A stretch of DNA of 64,000 bases from Microthyrium microscopicum. Lineage: Eukaryota. The stretch is from assembly GCA_010405405.1 (NCBI GenBank), contig MU004231.1, positions 3,708,884-3,772,883 on the forward strand, given 5' to 3'. Of the stretch, positions 38,473 to 49,677 are shown piece by piece (position 1 is the first letter of the stretch; every line of letters starts with the position of its first letter). The translations under genes were made by a program, and so were the position numbers. The notes beneath the pieces were generated by a model. That model was not told where the DNA came from. It made no database searches and was given only the letters and a program-made list of their open reading frames with translations.

Positions 38473-41015
38473 ATGTTATTTCCTCCTGCCAAATCTAATT
38501 CTCATTCATTTAGTCCGTACTTTCATTTGTAAACATCTCAACCTGCTCTCCTATCTTTTTACTAAACTGCGCAATAGGCCTGCTACTCCAGGAAATCACT
38601 TGAGTCCTTTCAATGTTGGTTCGCCGAAGACGAATCAGAACGTACCCGCAGAATCACGACTCTGCTCTATTTGCTCCACGATTGACTTTCATGACTATTT
38701 TTGCCGTGAAGTAAACTGTTCACGGGCGCATACGACTCCCCAGGGATATCCAGCAGCTGGCCAAAGCGCTCTCCGCCTGGGGCTCGTCGAGGAACTGTTG
38801 GAGCGTAGCGATGCATGCGCATTCTGTCGTCTTGTCATCCAAGCGATCTGCAAGCGGCGACAGGTCCACAGATGGACTTCCTCAAAGCAGCTCGCCGAGA
38901 GGGAGAAGCTGAAACAAAACAAGACTGAGCTTTTTGTTTACAGCTACATGTTTGCAAATGATGCTGGCATGGACCTAGTAGACCGAAGCTCGATAGCTTC
39001 CATGAATCCGGACAACGCAGTTTTCCGAATTGGCATTGCAAGCAGGACAATGAGCAATGGCATTGAACGTGCAGACCCGTTCCAAGATCAAATTGGTGTT
39101 ATACAACTCGCTGCTAAAGATGCACATAAGATTGGGAAGTCGACTAGGTTTCATGGCAGGCCTTTCAATAACGGACCAGTGGACATTGGACTTGCAAAGT
39201 ACTGGATCAATATTTGTCAGGATGCACACGGAAAACTCTGTGATATCAACAGCACCATTGAACCGGAGGAAGACGTCAAATCTACCCGGCCCAAAGAGCT
39301 GTATGTTGTTGATGTTCAGCGGCTGTGCGTCAAGAAATTACCGCCACGCGCAAGATACGTAGCTCTTAGCTACTGCTGGCCGATTGAGGGTGCATTCAGC
39401 ACCGTTAGATCAAATCTATCAGCATTGGAGGCACCTGGTGCACTTAGCAAGAACGAGTTTGGCAACAAGCTTCCTCTGGCTGTACAAAACGCCATTCAGC
39501 TTGTCGATATGCTCGAGGAATCATATCTATGGGTGGACAGCTTGTGCATTGTTCAAGACGATGATATGCAGAAGGCAATTCAAATTGCTCAAATGGATAG
39601 CATCTACTCGTGGGCTTTCTTGACAGCTATTTGTGCCCCTGACAGAACCGATCTCAGCCAGACAATGTACGCCGGACTTCCTGGCTTCCGTTCAAGTACC
39701 CCCAGGCCGCGGCAGGCTATCGAGCACATATCTGGACTTACTCTCATGACTGCCTTTATGGATGTTACGTCAGTCCTAGATTACGGACGGTGGATTACAC
39801 GCGCCTGGACGTTCCAAGAACATATGCTATCACCCCGCAAACTCTATTTCACTGATACTCAAATGTACTTCCAGTGCGATGCAATGTTCTGTGAAGATTC
39901 TGTTGGAGAGCGAGCATCAACACTTACACGCTACTATCCCGGCTCAAATTTATTCAACAAAGACCAATTTATAGATAATCCAGGAACGGACTTCGGATAT
40001 TGTCTCATTCCACGTCGATCAGACATCAAGCTAGAAGTGGCACGTCGATCTTGCTTCAACTTGTTGGGAGAATATGGCCAGAGGGGTATGTCATTCTCTA
40101 ACGATATACTCAACGCTTTTCAGGGTATAATGGCTATCTTTCAACGCTCTTTGAACACAGAGTTCATTTATGGTCTTCCAGAAATATGGTTCCATGATGC
40201 TTTACTATGGATGGGAACGACAGATCCGGTACGCAGGAAGACTGCAAAACTTGACGGTAAGACAACTGTCATGCCGAGCTGGTCGTGGGCTGGATGGCAT
40301 TGGAGTTCATTCGGATTCAGCGCAGACGAGTTTCTTGAAAAGACTGTTCGTCCAGAGGTTGACTGGGTTGCGGTCTTTATGGACGGTCTGAAAACCAAGC
40401 TGCGGTGTGCATATAAGAACGAGCTTGGTGATCTAGTAACGCAGGACCTGGAGTCGAGGTAAAGTCCCTTCATGTACAATCTTTCTTGGTCTCATGCTAA
40501 CGAATTCCAGCAGGAATATAGGTCCTATGGAACTAGCGCCTCAATCAATCCTCGAAGCGCGATACTGGAATTATGCGGAACGAGGGACGCGACCGCAGTG
40601 GAATAATCTTGACTACTTGATGTGTTGGACAAGCGTTGCTTCTTTCATACTGACTGGAGACTGCATCAGCAATGAGAGAGTACTAACAGGCAGACCATTC
40701 ACATCCCGTCAACTTTTGATTGTATCTGACGAACATGGTCGATCGATTGGCTACACAATCATGAGTGAAAAATGGAAAGATGAGAATATACAGGCTCCAA
40801 TGGCCTTCGAATTCATGCTTATTTCGCGACTGAAGAGCAAGCCCAACTTCTTCGTTGATCTTGACCACTTTTCGCCGAAAGACTGGGCTTACGTGGTAGT
40901 CATGCTTATTGCGCGGCGGGATAACGATAAGGCAAGCCGTTTGGGAATAGGATTGATACATGAAGACGCCTGGATCAGCTCGCCAAAGATTACACAATTG
41001 ATCAAATTGCAGTAA
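38473..41015 (+). CDS. HET-domain protein (TOL-like); proposed exons 38473-38516, 38578-40458, 40511-41015 (first exon tentative)
   Basis: HET blocks YVALSYCW, YLWVDSLCIVQDD..QIAQMDSIY and WITRAWTFQE; N-terminal LCSIC and CAFC; DILNAFQGI; PSWSWAGW. Confidence 0.85.
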
Positions 41016-41200
41016 CTTGGGAATAAGGTACTAGTATGGATCCCTTTTATTTCTGCAAATATTGGGGCCTTTGACAATTAAAGCCGCGATTCTGAAGCTC
41101 ATGAATCCATATTTATGCCATGCCACAAGCACGATACCTTACGGTACCTTCACAAGCAGTTCTGATCAGTCAAAAAGCAGGCTCAATCAAAATGAAGTAG

Positions 41201-41437
41201 CCTCGTCGTGGACAAAATAAGTGAGCCGTTTCGACGACTACTCACTTCGATTGCGATGGCTGCCATAACACTTCTCAAAGAGTGATTGCTTTAATTCCTA
41301 TTAGCGTCGTAAAGTTTATACCAGATCATCAAATACGACGTTGATTGAAGTAGCCACTATTGAAGAAGTTTTATGGCAGCCATCGCAATTGATGAAGTAG
41401 TCGTCGAAACGGCTCACTTATTTTGTCCCTCGAGAGG
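41201..41437. mobile_element. ~237-bp foldback / MITE-like inverted repeat
   Basis: Perfect 33-bp arms GGACAAAATAAGTGAGCCGTTTCGACGACTACT (41210-41242 / 41396-41428), a further perfect 19-bp pair and imperfect pairing inward to a ~22-nt loop. Flanked by TAG on both sides (41198-41200, 41438-41440). Confidence 0.7.
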
Positions 41438-41669
41438 TAGCCCAGCAGCTCAGCCTGATACTGGCAACTGCCCTGATGATCTTTGCCAGTCAAGCCAGTC
41501 CAGCCAGTCTGTAATCCTTGCTACTACCTTATATGCCGGGGTAGTTTCTTAATCTCAACGCGCATCTAACCGATTCTCGGAAATCGCCTGCTCCACCCCA
41601 CTTCTTGTTTGCTACTCTTCCTACACGGCACAGCTCCGTAAACAATCCGAAAATCAAGTCATTACAAGT

Positions 41670-43147
41670 ATGGCGACAACTACAATTGGGGACATCCTCA
41701 AAGGAAAGTATCCGGCAAAGGCCAACGCACGAAAGGTCGCCGATTGGATCATCAAGAGTGGCGGGAACAAAGATGGACTGCTCTATCTTGAAGCACAGAA
41801 GCTCAAATATAATGAAGTATGTATTGAGAACGTGGTAGTTCTGTTATTCGACTAACGCTTGACAGGATAATGATCAGGAGTGTGCATTTCGCCAACGTCG
41901 CTTCTTCTTCTACCTCTCAGGATGCGAACTTCCGGACTGCTATCTGACGTACCATATGGCAACAGACAAGCTCACTCTCTTCCTACCTCCGATAGATGCA
42001 GATGATGTCGTTTGGTCTGGGTTACCATTGAGCCCTGAGCAAGCTCTGGAGCAGTAAGCTTGGATACTTGTTGTGAATGAATATCCTAATTGATGACATA
42101 AGATACGACGTAGATGAAGCCTATTACTCTGATAGAGTTAACCCATCACTAGCGGCATCAGACATTCCTACTACCGTTCACGCAATTGACAAACAAATAT
42201 CAGACCATATCACGTTCCTCAATTTCAAGGAGAAAAACTTCGCTCTTCTCAAACCTGCCGTCGAGATATGCCGCGTCATCAAATCAGATTACGAGATTGC
42301 GCTCATCAAGCACGCGAACCTCGTCTCCACCGAAGCGCATGTTGCTGTCATGCGCGCCGTCAAGAGCGCTACCAACGAGCGCGAGCTAGAGGGCATCTTC
42401 CTCAAAGAGTGCATCGCACGTGGTTGTCGCAACCAAGCCTACTCCAGCATCGTTGCTTCCGGCACGTCTGCAGCTACCCTGCACTACGTTAAGAACAATG
42501 CTTTTCTATCAGAAAAGCTGAATCTGTTGCTCGATGCTGGTGCAGAACTCGCGTGCTATGCGTCAGATATCACACGCACGTTTCCAATCAGCGGCACGTT
42601 TTCGAAGGAGAGCAGAGAAATCTACGATATTGTGCTGCAAATGCAACTAGAGTGTATTGACATGCTCAAAGAAGGCATAATCTGGGATGATGTGCACGCA
42701 CACGCTCACCGTATCGCGATTACAGGCTTGTTGAAGCTGGGAATACTGAAAGGTGATCCTGAGGATATTTTCAAGAGTCGGACGAGCGTTGCTTTCTTCC
42801 CACATGGGCTAGGTCACTATTTGGGCATGGACACCCACGACTCGGGTGGGAATGCCAATTATAGTGACGAGGATAGCATGTTCCGATATCTCAGAGTGAG
42901 AGGAACATTACCGGCTGGATCTGTCATCACTGTGGAGCCGGGCATTTACTTCTGCGAGTTCATCATTGAGCCAGCTCTGAAAGATCCGGTGAAGAGCAAG
43001 TTCATTGATGCAGATGTGTTGAAGAAGTACTGGGAAGTCGGTGGTGTGAGAATCGAGGATAATGTGTTGGTAACCAAGGATGGCCACACGAACTTGACGC
43101 CGACTCCCAAGAAGGTTGCGGACATGGAGAAGATTATGAACGGCTAG
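41670..43147 (+). CDS. pepP: Xaa-Pro aminopeptidase/prolidase (peptidase M24B); introns 41817-41865, 42054-42102
   Basis: [53 protein letters not shown] and GGVRIED (metal-ligand motifs). Confidence 0.93.
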
Positions 43148-43484
43148 CCGCTGGAAGATTGGTGGACTCCATTAGCCTGGCGGCTGTTAATACACACATA
43201 TGCGAGCCTTTGACCGCTGTATTACGGAAAGAAGCTACGGTGATGCACTAAAGTTGAGATGGAGGTGATTTGAGTAGCAAGCACTGTTTGTGCAAAGACA
43301 AGGGAAGGAAAAGCGAACAATCAGTTAAGAGTGGAGATGTCAATTTTGCAGATAGTGATGTTGCAGCGGACTGAAAAGCCGAATCTAAATGCTTTCTGCT
43401 ATCTCACACCTTGATATCGACTGCTATCTTACGCTTGAGTCAAAGTCTTGAAGTAGACTTCACTCGTGTAGCAATGGAACCGTC

Positions 43485-44699
43485 TCAGAGCTTGCCGTCC
43501 TCCAAACCAGCGACCGGATAGTCAGGCAGCTCGATACCAATATGAGCAGCTTGCTGAACAGTAGTCGCTACACTAGAAGGATTGCGCAACTTCTCATTCC
43601 TCGCATCGAGCATTTCCTGAGTCCTGGGCAATACCATACTCCCACCCTCATGCACCAGATCTTGGTTCTGTTCTGCAAAAGGCCGCATTATCTTTTCGTA
43701 AGCAGCAAATGCATCCTCATGCTTCTCGTGTTTGCTCATTTCTCCAGCGAGAATATACGCCCCAACTAATGCACAACTAGATCCCTGGCCGGAAAGGAAT
43801 GACGTTGCGTGTGCTGCATCGCCTGTCAGAGCTACACGGCCCTTGGACCAGATTGGCATGCGGATCTGGCTCACGACGTCAAAGAATAGATCGTCGGCTT
43901 CACGCATGGCGTTGACGAGGGCCGGGATGTGCCAAGCCGTCTCGGGGAATTTGGAGGCTACGAAATCGCGCTGGGCTTCAGGATTGCGATGGGTGTCAGT
44001 AGGAGGCTTCTCGTCTTGCGCGAAGGATAAGATTCCGGTAGGCCGGTCTTTTGGATCGTGGGCGTAGATGACAGCCGCTCGGCCAGGTGCATTCCAGATA
44101 GCACCGGAGTGGACGTATCCAAAGTTTTGAGACAAGCTGAAGCCAGCGAACGCAAAGCCAAAGTAGCGATCGAACTGGTCTTCAGGCCCAAAGACGAGAC
44201 CGCGGGTCTTGGAATGGAGGCCATCGGCGCCAATGACGAGGTCGTAGGTTTCTTGTGTGCCATTTTTGAAAGTGATGGCTACATTGTCACCAGTGTCGTT
44301 AAGCGTGGCGATGGAGTCGTTGAATTTGAAGACAACGCTGTCTTTAACGAGATCGTATAAGGCGGCAGCTAAATCTCCACGGCGTACTTCGAGATCGTGG
44401 CCTTCGACACCGCCCGTGAGGGTCTCGGGACGGATTGAAGCTACTTGTTTCCCTTGTTCGTTAATGAACTCGACGGTTTCTGTGTTGACATGTGCTAAAG
44501 TTAGGCGTGGGATGAGACCCATGCGATCGACAACTTCACGAGCCGTGCCGCGAATGTCGATGGCGTAGCCGCCGCCCCGTAGAGAAGATGATTTTTCGAC
44601 GACGGTGACGTGAAAGCCGTAGCGCTGGAGCCAGTAGGCTAGACATGGTCCGGCTATGCTGGCTCCTGAGATGAGAACTTTGTGGGCGTGGCTTGCCAT
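43485..44699 (-). CDS. FAD-dependent monooxygenase (group A aromatic hydroxylase-like), intronless; start may be 44720
   Basis: VLISGASIAG FAD fold, GGYAIDIRG, DLVIGADGLHSKTR (DG motif) and GRVALTGDAAH..GQG (GD motif). Confidence 0.92.
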   Translation of the reverse strand: MASHAHKVLISGASIAGPCLAYWLQRYGFHVTVVEKSSSLRGGGYAIDIRGTAREVVDRMGLIPRLTLAHVNTETVEFINEQGKQVASIRPETLTGGVEGHDLEVRRGDLAAALYDLVKDSVVFKFNDSIATLNDTGDNVAITFKNGTQETYDLVIGADGLHSKTRGLVFGPEDQFDRYFGFAFAGFSLSQNFGYVHSGAIWNAPGRAAVIYAHDPKDRPTGILSFAQDEKPPTDTHRNPEAQRDFVASKFPETAWHIPALVNAMREADDLFFDVVSQIRMPIWSKGRVALTGDAAHATSFLSGQGSSCALVGAYILAGEMSKHEKHEDAFAAYEKIMRPFAEQNQDLVHEGGSMVLPRTQEMLDARNEKLRNPSSVATTVQQAAHIGIELPDYPVAGLEDGKL

Positions 44700-44875
44700 G
44701 CGGCTTCTGATGGGATTCATTGTCACTGAATGGTTTAAAGAGGTTCTTGAACTTGGCGGTGTATGATTCAATCAAGAAATCCTACAGCTGGTGCAGCTTC
44801 CTTTAAATATGCGAGGATGCCCGTTACTTTTGGTTAGGCAATCGACGGCTGATCGATATTGATGACTATCAAGCG

Positions 44876-44911
44876 ACCGAGAAAATCGAGAAGACCGAGA
44901 GGGCCGATTCG
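44876..44911 (-). promoter_or_regulatory. 9-bp periodic CGG-type array upstream of the monooxygenase (candidate Zn2Cys6 sites)
   Basis: ACCGAGAAA-ATCGAGAAG-ACCGAGAGG-GCCGATTCG, with (C/T)CG triplets at 44877, 44886, 44895 and 44904. TATA-like TATTTAAA on the minus strand at 44809-44802. Confidence 0.35.
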
Positions 44912-45096
44912 CCAATAGACCTTTTCAAAGAGCCTCTTGCTCGAAATGCACCTCTATTTTGGCGTCTATTTTCAAAGCCGACATGTGGATGCGATTAAGC
45001 GTATCATCTTGCTGATTCATACCTAAGTTATAGCAGTACGAAGGTGTCGGGAAGCAAGAAACTTTTCGTCAAATTGAGCTAATCGACAGCGCTACG

Positions 45097-46761
45097 TTAC
45101 CTATGCAGATTTGCGTGCAACAACTTTCTCTCGATATCTCTTTTCTTGCCTTCCAGTCTGCCGAAATTGGTGCTGAGTTCTGTGGACCTAAGTGGAATAC
45201 CAAAGGCTTGTCCAATTACCTTCCAAGCTAAAAGAATATACTGGCTGCTGCTCTTGTCCCAGTATTCTGGCTTTGAAGCATCCTCTAGATTCAGCAGACG
45301 TTGATCCAGTTGCGAAAGCATGGAATCAATCACATGAAAGTTTTTGGATAGCCCAAAAATCCAATCCCATGCCTGAAAGTCTTGGTCGTGAGAGAACTGA
45401 ACGTAGAAATCGAGTAACTTAATCGAGTCCACAAAATTGCTGGCTCTGATATCCGAAAATGTTGGAAGCGCTCCTGTACTGGAATCCAAGTACGTGAGGG
45501 AATTATGCAAGTTGTTTAAGAGAAAACGTATCTTTATAGGAAGCAGTTGACATATCGAAGCACAGAAGCGAAACAAAGGCGTTGCAGGGTTCCGTTGAAA
45601 TAACTGCAAGTATTGCTTCTCTACATAAAGACTTATATTTCGAGTGGCGTCTTCCACGAACTCAGTAGTCAGAATCGTGTTGGTGATTCGATACTGCTTG
45701 ATCATAGTGAACATGCTGGCGCAAACATCATATCGCAGAATGGAGAATGACATTTCAGTCGGTCCTTGAAACTCCAACGGAGGAATGTCGTCCTCAACAT
45801 CTAGCTGAGAGTCATTGATATTGAGTGGGAATAGCGTATCGCAGTCAAGAAATGATTCGGCCGACTCGAAGCAATTCAAGACCATGCAAGTGGTGAAGTC
45901 GAGCACGCGAAGGTGCCACCAGAGTCGTCGGCGCATCTCTTTTTGGAAAAGAGTTTCGGTTGGCTTTGAATTTTCCAGATGAAGTTCCAGAGATCGAGCA
46001 ATTCTTATGGCCATACCGGTCAAAGTCCACTTCGACTGAGGGTGGATTTGACTGCAGCAGGTCTTTGGGACTATTAGCAACACGAAATAAGTATCGAGAA
46101 TCACAGTCTAGCTTACCAAGACAATAGTAAAGGCTTGCAATGTTCTGATATCTGGTTTTTGGATAAGACGCGCTCTCGAAATAGCTAGTTCGGCTGACTC
46201 CTTGCTCTTCCTGTACAGTTCTGCCTTATTATGGCCAAATGCTAGTAGACATTGCTCATTGCTAAGACTAGTGACGGAGGCAAAGCAAATTGACAGTATC
46301 AAAGCGATCTGTTCTTCATTGAGAAATGTGATGCCCTGATCTTCCGTCTGCATAATCAGCCTATACATGGACGGTTTATGCAATATTCGCAGAAACGGAT
46401 CGACATTTTGGGCGAAGATTTTCCAGCTGGTCTGGACATGACGAAAAGTTGGCGTCCAGCAACGTCCTGGCTCTTTTATTTGATCAATCAGAGTGACTGA
46501 ACAGTTTAGCAACGAGAGAGGATTGAAGCTAACCTCAGCTGCGACTGGAGTCATATCCTCGTGATAAGTTTCAGAGTGTTGGCGCGCTTGTTCAGCTCGA
46601 TTCTTTTGTCTTCGTCGTCGGATGGGAGTGCTGGGTACAACACATTCATCTCCAAGTTTGATGCAATTGCCGCAAGGATGTAGTCGGTCGCACTTGACCT
46701 TACGTTCAAAGCATCTCACACACGAACGCGAGGAAGAAGTCGGACGTGTTGTAAAGGCCAT
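45097..46761 (-). CDS. Zn(II)2Cys6 transcription factor with Fungal_trans domain; intron 46063-46116
   Basis: CVRCFERKVKCDRLHPCGNCIKLGDEC cluster; NVDPFLRILHKPS; WTLTGMAIRIARSLELH..EMRRRLWWHLRVLD; PLNINDSQL. Confidence 0.92.
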
Positions 46762-47423
46762 GATCTTACCGCACCTAAAGTCCAGGGCGTTTCGCGAAGG
46801 GGATGACGGCTTCCTGATTGCAAACTGACCACAAATAGGAAGATCAACTTCACGGAAAACTCTCAAGCCTCCGACAGTTGCGAAAGGTCGTTGTTGGAGC
46901 CTGTTTGCTCTTTTATACGAAGCCGAAAGCGCCGAGAGCACCGAGAGGACATGTAAAATTTGGATTGAGCCATTTTAATCAAAACGGCACAAAGACTTAG
47001 CCTACACGGTATACTAACATGGAACTTTTGACACAGCAACTACCACACCCATCGTCAAGAGTGAATTCCAGCATCAAAATGTGCCGATACTCTAGGTACC
47101 GACTGGAGTGATGAAAAAAGATCAAGGCCGAAAAAGGAAGGGACCTTGGAGACGAGACTTGACAGGGAAGTTTGGGAGCTTGACGAGTCGTAACCTCCCA
47201 GTTGGCCCAAGCTCCCTTCCTGCCTCCGCAATTTTTGACACTAAAACACAACACCTGCAGTAGCACCACCATCCCCTAAAAGCTCCAACTTCAATTCTCG
47301 CTGTCTCACTGTCTCACTCAATCTCGTCGCGCTTCATCAATTTAATAATTCCTTGTCCATCGCTAGTTTCGCACACTCCTTCGCATCGTCTTTCGTCTCT
47401 ATATCCTTCCTAATTCTACCACA

Positions 47424-48366
47424 ATGGCTGACGACACCCCCGTTGATCCCGTCCCAGCTGGCGACGTTGAGATGGAGGAGGACACTGAACAAGTTGAAGG
47501 CGGCGCACAAGGTGCTGAGGATACTGGCATGCTCGAAGACATCGAGCCAGAAACCAAAACTCGCGTCAGCTTCCTTGAGTATGTTTCTTAAATCAGTTGA
47601 TTCTGAACCTTGTCTAATTGTGCCGACAGCTATCTCAAGTCTCCAATTGTCAATCTCGTCGTCGGTCGCGGAGAAGAGCAAACATCTCTAGCAGCACACG
47701 AGGGGCTATTGCTTCAATCTCCATTCTTCGCTGAGCAGATTGGCGCCTTCAAGCCCAAAGGCTCAGTAAGCAAAACAATCATCAGGCACATTCGCAAAAC
47801 TTCAACTAATATTTCTCTAGCGCAAAATTGATCTTCAGGATGATGATCTCGAAGGCGTTGGCTCCATCCTTGAATATCTCTACAACGACGAATACTTCCC
47901 CAAGCGTCTCAACCAAAACCAGAAAGACTCTCCACTTGAAGAAGATCCTACTCAGCCAACCAAGGATGATGAAGGTCTAGGTCTTCTGCGCCATGCGCGC
48001 GTCTACACTCTCGCTGAAAAGTTTGGCTTGCCTGCGCTGAAATCACTTGCGCACTCGAAGATCCACCGCACAAACTCGACTGCCAAAGGTGAACTTGCTT
48101 ATGCGCGCTACGTCTACCAGAACACCAGCACCGAGGACACCACTATCCGAAAGCCTGTCGCGGCCTTCTGGGCTACTCGCTCGCACGTTCTGCGTCACGA
48201 GGCAGAGGACGAGTTCCGCAAGCTGTGTCTGGAATTCCCTCAATTCGGTTTCGATGTGCTCAGCTTGGTGCTTGATCAGCGCGAGAAGTCTCGCTCGGGT
48301 GGAGGGGCGGCTGTCGAGGTTCATGGTACACCTGCGTCTAGCCGCAAGCGTCGTCGCGACTTGTAG
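47424..48366 (+). CDS. Conserved fungal BTB/POZ-domain protein; introns 47579-47629, 47766-47820
   Basis: FLDYLKSPIVNLVVG..AHEGLLLQSPFF, ILEYLYNDEYFP, LLRHARVYTLAEKFGLPALKSLA and a basic C-terminal RKRRR. Confidence 0.88.
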
Positions 48367-48990
48367 AGTGAGACAATGGTCAGATGGTGAGTTTCAATTC
48401 TATCTGCAGCCAGACTGTTGTGGAGAGATCAGAACACTGGATCTCTCCAAATATTACCATTAGACTCCGTGGGCATTACAGCATCTGATGGCTACCATCG
48501 GGTGTTATGGTAATCACAACAGACTATGCGAGTTAAAGCATTCAATTTCAGCTTGTACTAACGAACTCAAAGTACAAGTAGGGTGTTAGGTGTCAGGTCC
48601 TGTGTTCATGTTCAGAGGTTATACTAGTGGGCAGGCCAAGTGCGGTACTTTGAAGGTATAACTGGCACACACATATTTGTCACTGGTCAATATTGATATC
48701 ACATGTATAGTAGGAATTATTCACCACGGAAAGAAGTGTTTTAGGGGTAATAAATCAGGTTTGATTCGATTATTAGTCTACTTGGGTAACCTGTGAACCA
48801 TAAATGCGATGAATCCCAACCAAGGTCCTGCTCCAAGCTAACGAAAACCAGTACCAGAATAACAACTCAAAAATGAAGATGCGTACCGCGAACCAAGGCA
48901 AAAAACCAAAGCAAAAAAACCAAAGCAAAAAGTCAAAGACAAAAATCAAAACCAGAATATCAAGTCAAAAAAAACTCAAAAAACAAAAAA

Positions 48991-49677
48991 TCAAGAACGA
49001 GCAGGAGGCAACCGCACAACAATCTGTTCCTCCAACGGGTCAGCAAAGTGGACCTTTTTAGGCACAGGCGACCGCCCTCTGCGCCAGGAGCCACTGCCCC
49101 TTGAGCCCCGTAGGGCGGAACGATCTTTGCGTTCCTTTTGTTGGCGCGCCTTGCGCTCTCTGACTTCCGCCTCAAAGTCATGGGCGGGCTCGTCCTTCCA
49201 CCGTGAGCAGGAGAGCCCACGGGTTGGGCCGGCGGCCTTGCGCTCGGTGGTGGTGGTGGTGACGGCGGCGGCTTCCTCCTCCTCCTCCTCCTCCTCCTCC
49301 TCCTCCTCTTCCTCGGTGATGGTGGCCAAGGTTGTTGCTGCCTCTTCGGCAGCCAACTCCTCCTCAACCTCGTCTGCCCAGGAGAGAGCGGGCGAGGAGG
49401 GAGGAGAGGAGGGAGTGTTTGGTGGTGGTGGTGGTGGTGGGAGAGGAGGGGGCGAGCGGGTTGGTGGTGTTGGTGGTGGGGATGGGTAGGGCCCATCCGG
49501 GGCGGTGGCCCATCTTGATGATGATAGGCCGTTGGTTGGTGGTGGTGGTGGTGGTGGTGGTGGTGGTTTGGAGCCAATGGCTCCCAAGTTGGAGGCACAA
49601 GGGCCTTTGGTGGTGGCCCGAGTTGGGGGGGCAGTTGCCCACTTTGAGGATGAGAGACCGTCGTTTGAGGCAGTCAT
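48991..49677 (-). CDS. Orphan low-complexity protein (228 aa) with 3x GLSxS(R/K)W, SWADEVEEE, poly-P/poly-E tracts and KKVHF
   Basis: Single uninterrupted frame across several triplet microsatellites. ATG in ACCAAGATG context, CA-rich leader, TATAAA at 49842-49837 and a U-rich 3' tail (48890-48990). Confidence 0.6.
   Translation of the reverse strand: MTASNDGLSSSKWATAPPTRATTKGPCASNLGAIGSKPPPPPPPPPPTNGLSSSRWATAPDGPYPSPPPTPPTRSPPPLPPPPPPPNTPSSPPSSPALSWADEVEEELAAEEAATTLATITEEEEEEEEEEEEEEAAAVTTTTTERKAAGPTRGLSCSRWKDEPAHDFEAEVRERKARQQKERKDRSALRGSRGSGSWRRGRSPVPKKVHFADPLEEQIVVRLPPARS

Noticed and set aside
47162..47222. Small inverted repeat GGGAGCTTG/CAAGCTCCC in the TF-BTB divergent promoter
   Set aside because: Only 9 perfect bp; within chance expectation for 64 kb.
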